A stretch of 64,000 nt of DNA, taken from assembly GCA_040954595.2 (NCBI GenBank), contig CM082588.2:4466156-4530155 (forward strand), given 5' to 3'. The translations under genes and the position numbers were made by a program. This document shows positions 1 through 10,583 of this stretch, in pieces. The stretch comes from Balanoglossus misakiensis (taxonomy: Eukaryota; Animalia; Hemichordata). Under the pieces are notes generated by a model, which was not told where the DNA came from, did not search any database, and saw only the letters and a program-made list of their open reading frames with translations. Each line of letters begins with the position of its first letter. Position 1 is the stretch's first letter.

Positions 1-1064
1 ACAGAGAAAAAGACCCAGATTATTACTATAGTAGGAAGACCACAAACTGAAATTTAAGTTATGTTCTGTCCACAAACACACAAACAATATTACCACTCAC
101 TTTGCTATGATTTACAATTTAAGTATTTACATCAAATCTTTATCATACTCAAGCCCTGGGTCAATTTTATTTTAACTTATATTAATTACATGTATAAGTT
201 ATGTCATGTTTAGAAGACTTTTAAAAATCTAAATTAAGCAAATGTATAAAAGAATCAATTTTTTTTATTATTAAGGACAAAGTTGAAACCTTATCAGACT
301 GACTTTCACACAGGGCATATCTGACTTTATTTTATAATTATGTTTTTAGATTTTAATCTGAACATAATTTTGACCTGATTTTCAAATTAATCATTGCATG
401 TTAAAGATCAAATGAATGAAACAAAAGCAATTGCGATTTTATTGGCACGTTTAGCAAAATTCAACTAAACTCTAAATTTGGAACATTTCTGTGAATGAAA
501 GAAATTAAAAGCCAGTACAAAGAAAAGAATATAAAAGATGAAAGTTCAACATGGAAGGTGAATATGATAGATGATGGCGACGACTGATTCAAATTTGTCA
601 ATTTGTAAAGTTCATCAGAGAAATATTGTTTTAAGTTCCTGATGACATAACTTCATGAGCCTTTTCTCCACTTTTAAAGCAGAACAGGACAACCAATGCA
701 TATTCATCATCCACTAACTTTTGGTAGGCGGAATACATTCAGTGTATACAAAATAATCTGAAGGCACGTAAGATTTTTAAACAGACATTTGACAAATTTG
801 AAGCAGTCTTCTGTGCAAAATGTTAGCACTACAGAACAAGAATAGTCCATTGCAGGTTATCTGACAGCTTTTTGGAGACCCCCCTCATCCCCTGATTGCA
901 TAATTTATGCAGATACCAACAATTACACGGCAAAGGCTAAGACAGATAGCCTTCGCTGGTATAACACTGGTACTACCACTTTGCATCAACCCAGCTTGGT
1001 GTCTGCAAAGCATTCTTTACACTGGCATTTCTCTATGTGTAAACTCAAACTCAGGTCAACAAAA

Positions 1065-1104
1065 TGCCAGGATGTAAGGGTCACATAGGGGTCATGAAAG
1101 TGGC
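1065..1104. repeat. Dispersed repeat fragment, second copy at 61272-61311
   Basis: TGCCAGGATGTAAGGGTCACATA(G/A)GGGTCA(T/A)GAAA(G/A)TGGC; 37 of 40 positions identical between the two intronic copies. Confidence 0.7.
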
Positions 1105-1262
1105 CTGTAGGTGATGCCCAAACATTTTCTGCCAAGGTTGCTGTGTGTTTTGATTTGGAATATATGACGGCCCAGCACAGACAATCTCTGCAAAGGACTA
1201 CTTTCGCACAAGAGATGAGGTGAATGGGTCAGAGAAGCCACGCTTGGAGGATATCTACTCAC

Positions 1263-1432
1263 CCCGAGCACATTGAACCGGTGACAAATGATCCATCCCA
1301 TCAACCAGTCTATGTCATATTTGTGGTTTAGTATCACCACGCACGATTCCTTACCCAAAGCATCGAACAACGGTGCATCGGAATAAAGGATGCAATCGGT
1401 GCCAGAGAACCACTCGGCTAGATACACCATTT
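1263..1432 (-). CDS. AGPAT alternative catalytic exon B (QMVYLAEWFSGTDCILYSDAPLFDALGKESCVVILNHKYDIDWLMGWIICHRFNVLG)
   Basis: TAGCAG acceptor with pyrimidine tract and CTGAC branch-point candidate near 1457, GTGAGT donor, 170 nt, phase 1 to 0, NHKYDID motif, no stops. Confidence 0.88.
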
Positions 1433-2685
1433 CTGCTAGGACAACAAGGAAGACGGTCAGTGATATCGAGTGTGCAGGACGTGAAGTGCACCAGCCAACA
1501 GACAGTTGGAGATCTTTCATGGCGAGACTCAGTTATCTCACATGTCAAGCATGTTGCATTTGTGACCAGTTCCATGTACAAACAAATTGCACATTGACTA
1601 CCCAGTTTTCTGTGTCAATACCAAGCTAGTTACGATTGCTTGAAGAGTTTCAATCTGATTAAAATCAGATGTAGGGAACGGCAACATGTTTTTTTTTATG
1701 CTGTGTGAGGTGACAGCACAAAAAAATCCACGTCGCCATTCCCTACATCTGATTTTAATCAGATTGGAAGAGTTTGTGAGTCTGTCATGTTCTTTTTAAG
1801 TTAAAAAGTCATTGTACACGTGAAATTCTACAAAACTGGACACTGTGGCTGCGTTTCTGACTGAGTCTCGCACTGAAAAAACAAGCGACTGTCTGTTTCC
1901 TAGTCCAGGGTCTTTGGGACTCCCATACTTACACCGAGAATACGAAACCGTGAACACAACGTCCAACCCAGCAACCAATCAATTTCATAATGATGGTTCA
2001 TCATGCACAAAGCACTCTCTTTCCCCCACTGTTTGCTGTCCTCGTCGGTCTCATAGAGCACACAGTCAGAGCTAGCCCACCACTCACATGTGAACACCAA
2101 CTCTTCGTAGAAACAAACATGGGGGTTATTAGCAGTATGGAGATAGACACACCTCTCTTTTTTAATTACCGACTCTGACAGTAACAGCATCATAAACTAA
2201 ACTAGACTAACCACACATATCATCTGTGTTCAGTATCATGGTTGTCAATACTATACTACCAATGTTTGTAAACATACACAGTCTGTGTTGACAAGCTGAT
2301 CAGATGATAACCTTAACATGCCTCAATGGGAAGTACATGCAAGAGTAACTGAAACAGATTGTGAAAATATCGCAACGATTTAAAACACTACAGCCACTGT
2401 CCCTTTGAAATCTCAATCGTACCAAAACATAATGCAATCAAAACATAAAGCCATCACATCTTTTACAAGTTTGACGTGATTTCACAGATGAACACCAGAC
2501 TTACGGCTCCAATGCAGGTTCGCTAGAAAGCAGTTGACGCGTCTGCAGAGATCCTTGTGAAACGGCCAGATCACCAGCGAACAGCATTGCAGAAGGTTAA
2601 TGATGATACCACTGACGATGAAAGTGTAGCCAAACAGAAGTAGGCCCAGACACAAGATGATGGTCTTGAAAAATCCCTTAAGCAT
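1263..2685 (-). CDS. AGPAT3/4: 1-acylglycerol-3-phosphate O-acyltransferase, AGPAT3/AGPAT4 family (5' part; the gene continues beyond position 1)
   Basis: First coding exon 2685-2505 (MLKGFFKTIILCLGLLLFGYTFIVSGIIINLLQ...LHWS, donor GTAAGT, phase 1), followed by two alternative 170-nt exons (2102-1933 and 1432-1263), each with the NHx4D acyltransferase motif I. Probable 5' UTR exon ends at 4184 (donor GTAAGT). No later exon recognised in 1-1260. Confidence 0.92.
1651..1766. mobile_element. 116-bp MITE with terminal inverted repeats and a 9-bp target-site duplication
   Basis: Perfect 28-bp TIR CAATCTGATTAAAATCAGATGTAGGGAA / TTCCCTACATCTGATTTTAATCAGATTG, continuing imperfectly inward; flanked by direct repeat GAAGAGTTT at 1642-1650 and 1767-1775. 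Confidence 0.85.
1933..2102 (-). CDS. AGPAT alternative catalytic exon A (QLVFTCEWWASSDCVLYETDEDSKQWGKESALCMMNHHYEIDWLLGWTLCSRFRILG)
   Basis: AAG acceptor, GTAAGT donor, 170 nt, phase 1 to 0, NHHYEID motif, no stops. Confidence 0.85.
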
Positions 2686-4183
2686 GACTGGATCTCTCGG
2701 CTACGTCCCGGTCAAAGATGAAAGATTATAGTCTGGTCAAAGTTCTCCTGATGGAAAAGGTAGATTTGAGAATAGTTAAACAAAGAATATATCTGTTTCC
2801 TTGTATACTGGTTGTATATGAGTGCACTCAGACCACAAATGTGAGGCCAAAAAATAAATTATTATCGTATGGTGGTTCCTGATTCTCGACCTTCCCATTA
2901 GTTTTTTTCCTGAATATCAACTTACACTGAACCATTAACACAGAAAGGAATAATACCGGTAATCTGAATGTTTCTGTGGGCCAAGAATCTGCGCTACAGT
3001 ATGTCTTATAGCTCAATTCACGTACCTGCCATGTGGTGTTTTCAGTTTTTAGACTTTGAACTTTAGCACCTGACCTGTGTTCAACCATGCTAGTGTGTGA
3101 CGAATGAAATCGATATCCCTATCTTATCATGGTGACATAATGACCCTTCTCTGTAATAACCTCACATATAACATTCCGACTGGAGTTGACTAACCTGCGA
3201 CAGTTTGAACTATGATGGGAATAGTCAATACTACTTACTGGTACCTCCTGTGGTAGAATATAATGCTATTGTACAACTTTGCATGCCCTGGCAGACTGCC
3301 AGCTAGCAGGTCAAGGTGACCTCTAACAATCGCAACAGAGTGTCATGATCACAGTGAACATTTATTACACCAAGATGATCTACTTGGCTGTGCATACTTT
3401 GGTGTTGATATGTAGCATGTACATTGTATACGGTAATCATAGCTCTAATTTGCCTATCTAAAGATTTGAGAATGAGATGGCCTTCTGCAGCCCACATACA
3501 GAATGACACTGAATGATTTTTCCATTCATGATCAGGAAAAAAAAAGCGTACTGGTGATGATGTTACTTCATGCCACAAAGAAATCAAGTGAAATGTCAAT
3601 ACAACTAATCAAATTATGCTTAACATTCTAACAAATTATCCATGAGAGATACATGAAATCGATAATAGTGATCTAACATGCCTTTTGTGACTAGCTGCAA
3701 AGGTCAGTGTAGTCTGTCTAGCCCTGAATGATCACGACATCATGAAAAGTGAAATGGTTTAGCTTTTTATCAAATACCAACAAGCCCGTGTTCAAAACAA
3801 ATGCGTGAACTTGGTCGCATACCAGTGTTACTTTCATGTACATCTCAAGATGTTCATTTCGGAAGGTGGGCGTGACCGGTCGAGATCGAACACGTTCGCG
3901 TTTGTGGCACGGTGTGGTAATCGATAATCGTGGTCTTGCAACTGGTCGATTACACTGTCAACATCTTTTCGAGTACTGCTATGTAGTTTATGAGGTCACC
4001 GTTGGTTGTGAAAAGGTCAGGGTACCCACTGCAAAACTTCGCCTTGTGTGTGCAAAATGTGTAAACATCCCAGAGACTGTCATGACAGTTTTACCACTTC
4101 ATATGGTTCGTTTTACAAGATGACACGCTCTCAATATATTTATCAATATCACTTTATACCCAATCAACCCCAAAAGTACTTAC

Positions 4184-4795
4184 CAGGCGTCAACAACAAC
4201 GCGATCGCGTTGTAAATGTTAGAAGGGCAGACCACCTACCGGTATATTCTCTGCGTGATCCTGTCCTCGATTGGTATTGCCTGTAAACATACCGATTAAC
4301 GGCACCTATACAGAACACAAGTCTTTGACTATACTGTTATAATATTACACAACACAAAGTGAAATTGCTTTAGAGTGGTAAGTCAAAATAACCTGTTTGC
4401 ATGTGATATTTTCATCAGTGTGCGTACTTTCTATCTGCGATATTTTTGGAAAACGAAACGTCGCAATTTAATTGCGTCTATTCAACCGTAAAGTGGTATC
4501 GTCATTGAAGACTGGGCAGGATAAACCTGGTGTACAATATGGCTGTTTATTTATTTTCAGATTTAATAAAAAAAAATAACCATGAAGAAGCAGAATGATT
4601 CAGCTTCACTTGGATAAGTTACGCATTAGAAAACGTTAAAGTTCATAGTTTATGGCTAGTTATTACGTATACAAAACATTTTTGAAGGGTGTGTTTTTAT
4701 TTTTACTCACTTGAGGGATCATTTCTTGTTGAACTGATGCAAGACCAAGCACATTGGTACTGGGACGTGTATTCGAAGTACAGAAGAAACATCTG
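4184..4795. promoter_or_regulatory. Putative bidirectional promoter with the non-coding first exons of AGPAT (-) and YARS1 (+)
   Basis: Minus-strand donor GTAAGT after 4184 and plus-strand donor GTAAG after 4795; matching acceptors precede the first coding exons (near 2748 and 5246); CpG-enriched relative to flanks. Confidence 0.55.
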
Positions 4796-5264
4796 GTAAG
4801 GTTGCGTTGTTAAAAAATTCAACCCGATCGGTCGATGTCATAATTACCAGCTAAACATGAACATGTACATATGGGGGAAACGTCATAGCCCTGTACGAGA
4901 TCACAATCCCTGGCCCTACTGCACTGTTGTCATGTTGATTTCCTGTACCCATCAATAATAATGTACATTGCAGGGAAAGTGTGCAATTTGCAGAATGGGT
5001 GTATTACCCCCCCGTGTATATTGCTATGTACATGTATGCTGAAGTGGGTGATTGTTGCAATGTATGCTTTGGAGTAGAATTCTTTACTTATTAAACAACA
5101 CTGATTAGTAACTTATACATAAAATAGAAACATAGTTGTCACAACTGAAATTTTGATCTACACAGTGTTGCATACTTACACTCTTTGGATGCTATTTGAA
5201 ACAGTTGTTGGGTCAACATCAATTCCTTTATTTCTCCTTACCACAGGCAAACAATATTGTCACC

Positions 5265-8200
5265 ATGGCAACTGATGAAGAGGTGAAAAGGAGACATGAG
5301 TTAATCACCAGGAACTTACAGGAAGTTCTGGGAGAGGAAAGACTTCTGGGTTTATTGAAGGATAAAAGAGACATTAACATATACTGGGGAACGGCAACTA
5401 CTGGTAGGCCACATGTCGCATACTTTGTGCCAATGAGTAAAATAGCAGACTTTCTCCGTGCAGAATGTCATGTAAGTATCATTGATCTCAGTTTAGCCTT
5501 GTAAAAGTCACTTATACATACGGTAAACAGAGGTTAATATGAGTGATATGAGAAGTGAGTTAGGTACATTCATAAGTGACAAGATTCAAGATGTCCTCTT
5601 TTTGTCTCTGGTTTCCTAGGTGACCATTCTGTTTGCAGATCTCCATGCCTACTTAGATAACATGAAAGCACCATGGCAACTGCTTGAGTTGAGAACACAG
5701 TATTACGAAGTGGTGATCAAAGGAATGCTGGAGTCCATTGGCGTGCCTTTGGAAAAACTCAAGTTTGTCCGGGGTACTGACTTCCAACTGAAACAGTAAG
5801 TCTTGGGGTTCACTGTCTGCGTACTGATGTTCAATCTAAGTGTGAGTTTCATCATTGTAAAGTAGGAAGGTGTATTGTTCTTGGGACATGGTTCGAAATG
5901 AGTGACATTACTGGTACATGTACTGTATGTTTTTTAGAGAATATCAAACTATCTAACATCCTGTGGTCACTGACATGTCTGAGATATTCCAAGTCAACCA
6001 CAGCCCTTTACACAACATATCTGGTTATCATTGCAGGGACTACACACTGGATGTTTACAGGCTTTCATCAATTGTTACTGAGGTAACTATTATACCAGTA
6101 TTCAGAGAGGCTACATCAATTCATTTTCCATTTTGATCATCTAGGCACAGAACATATAATTTTGCCACTGCTTACATAGATCTCCAGATGTGGGCATTTC
6201 TGTAGACATAAACAACAAACGCTTTGTATATGATCTTTTTCTGCAGCATGATGCAAAGAAAGCTGGTGCAGAAGTTGTCAAACAAGTGGACCATCCATTA
6301 CTGAGCGGTCTGCTGTATCCAGGGTTACAGGCACTAGATGAAGAATACTTGAAAGTAGACTGTCAATTTGGTGGTGTTGATCAACGGAAGATTTTTACGT
6401 TTGCTGAGAAGGTAGGAATATATTTTGTCCTCATAGTCTCTGGTTGCATGACTGACGTGTACTTGTACGTGAAACAAACTGTCTGTGTAAAAGAAATTAT
6501 GAGTAGAATATTTATATCATGAGTGAGCATACATCAAGCTCAGTAAAAAAGTCCTGTCAAATGGTTCTGGATTCGAGACATGGAGGTACTTGTTAATATA
6601 ATTCTTCCTGTATGTGTTCTGTTCACAGTATTTGCCACATCTAGGATATGCCAAAAGAATTCATCTGATGAACCCAATGGGTAGGTCACCTTTGTCCAGT
6701 TTTTTATCCTTAAATTAATGGACATACAGTTTGAATATATTTATCATTGGTGGATGTAATAATGTAAACACTTTCTTTTGCAGTTCCTGGTTTGACGGGA
6801 GGCAAAATGAGTTCTTCAGAAGAAGTAAGTACATCCCTATTCCCAAATTGTCCATCCATCCTTCAACTGGTCCCAACCAACCACACCCGCCCATCCACGT
6901 ATCCTGTCATAACATTCATTCTACCACATCCCATATTCTTGTTCATTCTATAACTTCGACAGGAATCCAAGATAGATCTTCTAGACAGCTCTGCAGTTGT
7001 GAAGAAGAAATTAAAGAAAGCGTTTTGTGAGCCAGGCAACATAACCGAGAATGGTGTCTTATCCTTTGCCAAACATGTCATCTTTCCTCTCTTCAAAGAA
7101 GACGAAAGTGAGTCATATATCTGTATAATGTTCTGTAAGCCAGACAACTGTTTTGATGTCTACAGAACTAATGGCATACGTAGATGTACTTAGATAATTC
7201 TTGATTACTTTCCCTGTATTGTTAGAATTTTTAATCCCAAGAGATGAGAAGTTTGGTGGATCAGTAGAATACGCAGACTTCACTTCGCTGGAAGAAGCAT
7301 TTGGCAAGGAAGAAGTGCACCCTGGGGATTTGAAAAATGCTGTTGAAAAGTACCTGGGAAGGCTACTTGATCCAATCAGGAAGAAATTTGAGGAGAAGGA
7401 AATGAAGAAGCTTAACAGTTCAGCCTATCCACCTCCAGCAAAGACAAGTAAGTTTTTACCCTCTCACCTTTTTGGTGGTATGGTTGATTCCATTTGCTGG
7501 GAAATGGGGGATGAGAAGACCAAAGCTAGTGGAGGCATCATTGGGTGGAAATATTTGTCACACAGTCAGATTTTTTTGGTTGTCAGTGTTGATGTGACAG
7601 GATTGGGATATTTTTTTATTCACAGAACCTGGTAAGGGTGGTGCGAATGCGACAGTTGAGGAAGAAATCTCTCCAGCAAGACTTGATCTGAGAGTTGGAA
7701 AAGTGACATCCGTGAGAAAGGTAAAGAGGGGAGAGAAAAAGATTCATGGGAGGGAAGGGGGAGACAGGTGTGAGGAGGCAATATATGTGATAGACAAGTT
7801 TGGAATTAAGGTCTGTCACTTGTGAATCATCTACTCTGCCAGCTAGTTATTCGCTCTCATGGCATCTTCTGATTTGTCCATCAGCATCCAGATGCAGATA
7901 CTCTGTACATCGAGGAGATCGATATTGGTGGTGATGAGACGAGAACTGTCGTCAGCGGACTGGCCAAAGTTATCCCGATGGAAGAGCTTCAAGACAGACT
8001 CGTCGTCATGTTGTGTAACTTGAAGCCGCAGAAGATGAGGGGCGTGGAGTCACAGGCCATGTTGATGGCTGCTGCGAAGTAAGTTGCCACTAGGGGGCGA
8101 TGTTAAGTCTAGCGCTGTTCACCACTGGATATAAGCTTAATATTTCTCATGTATTGGCATCACTGTTATATTTTGATGTGAGGTGTCACATGTGAATACA

Positions 8201-8805
8201 CTACAAAGCATTGATACTGCTGTTGTTGTTGTTGAAAACTGTATGGGCTTTAATTTAGTCTAGCAGCAGCAAAAATAACCAGTACACATATACAAGCTGC
8301 ATAACAGAATACTGAATATATTGAGTATATTGTGTTCCCCTGTAATCAATCCATATTTGTTTTTCCTGCAGTGAGGATGTGTCGGCCATTGAACCACTTG
8401 ATCCTCCAGAGGGCAGTGCACCAGGTGACAAAGTCTTCATCGAGGGTTACGACAAAGGGACACCAGATGCTGAACTGAAACCCAAGAAGAAGATCTTTGA
8501 AAAATTACAGGTACAGTAATTTTTGAACTGGAAATTGTTCATGTTCTATAAAAGGAAATAGGACAACATAACCCCTCATGTGGATAGTAAAGGGCAAATA
8601 TTTGTTGAGCTTCATAAATATGTGTCGTGCACTTTTCCTTATCCAAATGGCAGTGCGATGTTGTTGACACTTTTTTCCATCATTCCTGTTTCAGGTGGAC
8701 TTCAGGACGTCATCGGAATGTGTCGCCGAATGGAACGGATCGCCCTTTATGACAAAACTAGGAATCATCAAAGTTAAAAGCTTAAAGGGATCAATTATTC
8801 GATAA
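5265..8805 (+). CDS. YARS1: Cytosolic tyrosyl-tRNA synthetase with C-terminal EMAP-II-like OB-fold domain, about 530 aa
   Basis: 12 phase-consistent exons: 5265-5471, 5620-5795, 6037-6082, 6247-6411, 6629-6680, 6784-6824, 6963-7107, 7226-7447, 7626-7720, 7885-8078, 8372-8510, 8695-8805. Motifs [14 protein letters not shown] (HIGH-like), [22 protein letters not shown]...HPDADTLY...[15 protein letters not shown]. Confidence 0.97.
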
Positions 8806-10583
8806 TTTATTACGTGAAAATCAACATGTCTATAAACTTCCAAAACATCACCATAAATGAAGGCAGAATCGTTTAGACCAACGTTGAAGACTGTATCTGT
8901 CATGCGTCTCATCTCAAGTCATCAAATCCAGTGGATTTATTCAGTTATCATGCGTGCATGTGTGTGAATTTATACAACAGTTTTTTATCATTTGAAAAGT
9001 ATGGCTGCAGTGTCTGTCCAGACACCAGGATCTTTCAAAGATAGTCTTCTGATAATAAAAACTGCTTGCAAACGACCATTTCAGTGGACAGCGCACAATA
9101 TTTCTTATACAAGTGACTTACACTCACCCATCCCTGTAGAGAATACACGGAGACTATAGTGGCCCTCTTACTTTGACTTGTAAAATTTGCCAAACTCCCT
9201 CTTTGGGGTCTAAAGATGGCTGTTTTGCGAACAAATCATGTATGAAACCATGGTTAAAGGAGATCTATCATTTTAGTCACTTGCATGTGTCTTCCTTTGA
9301 ATCTTACAAGATCAAACATTGAACAAGATTTTCACCCAGTTCTTATTAAATCGGAGAATGCTCAAATGCTGGCATCTTTGTAACTTTTTTTCGTTGATCT
9401 CTGTTGTGCTGTGTGTTAACAGTGAAGAGACATCTCAGTGCAGCGACAAAGATGCAACTGCCTCTTGTTTAGCCAAGCTGGACGTAGATGGCGCTAACGG
9501 AAGGGGGAGGAAGGGTCGCGGAGAGTCGTGTGTGTTGAGAGTATTCTCTCATCTGTAGTTAATAGATAAATATAACAACATACAATATCAATCAAAAAGT
9601 TACAGATTTTAAATAAACACTATTTTATTCGCCAACGTAAGCTTGATTTACTCTTCGAATTACAGGTATTCATTTTCTAAGACAGGCATAAAAGATATTT
9701 CAATGACGTGTTTTGAACTAAATTTTGAACTGGTGTCGGAGGCGGTACTCTTATTGCATAAGAATAAAAATCTCTCCATAACATACTTTGCGTATAAAAT
9801 AAAATATGAAGGTATTTTGATTTTGTGTATTTGACCTGAAAGATGAGTTGCAACTTGTTTCGGACACTTACGATTAGGATTATAAGAAAGGCTAAGCCGA
9901 CTAAGCTCCCTGGTAGGCAAAACTAAGCCCTGCTATCTGGTCCCTCGATTTTGGCCATTAAATATAATTTACGTAATACACGTTACACTATCTGTTAAAA
10001 CATTATTAATCACTTTGTTTGACTACTCTCTGAAACAGTAAACAATAATTAATAATACAAACAAATTTCAGTAAATCTGACTAGGCTTTGTAAATAATGT
10101 ACTCTATGCCGTCAAAAAATATAGAAACCAAAACAGAAAGAAGAAAACCTTGATTTCATTTAAGTGACTTTTCTTCAATGAAACCAGATTGAAGAGTTGA
10201 ACGTTGTCTTATGAAAACATTCATATGAATTCAGGCACTTCAGACGTCAACAGGCATTTCATTCTACATTGTACGGACGGAAATTCACATTTTGGCACAA
10301 TTTTTACATCACAATCCACAACTTTTCGTCATTGGTTGTGAAGTAAAGTTAAGTATCATTTTTCAGGTGAGATATACATGAAAGTTCAGTAATTGTTCTA
10401 ATCTTTCTAGTTCCAATAAAATATGCTTATGAAACGTTTTCTTTTACTTTTTGGCAAGTTAGTTTGTCGCGTAACTCCAGAGGAAATTTTCGAACCTCAA
10501 ATTGTGATATTTAATCATGATACTTCGTAATCGTTTGAAGACGAACTAGAGTCTGTGGCACAAGGCTAGTGGCCTGGAGAACT

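Noticed and set aside
1-1260. A third AGPAT alternative exon or the next constitutive exon
   Set aside because: No NHx4D-like or motif II-like reading with splice sites found; the gene must continue outside the window
5472-8694. Intronic snoRNAs in YARS1
   Set aside because: No properly spaced C/D or H/ACA box pair with terminal stem seen by eye; a covariance-model scan would be needed
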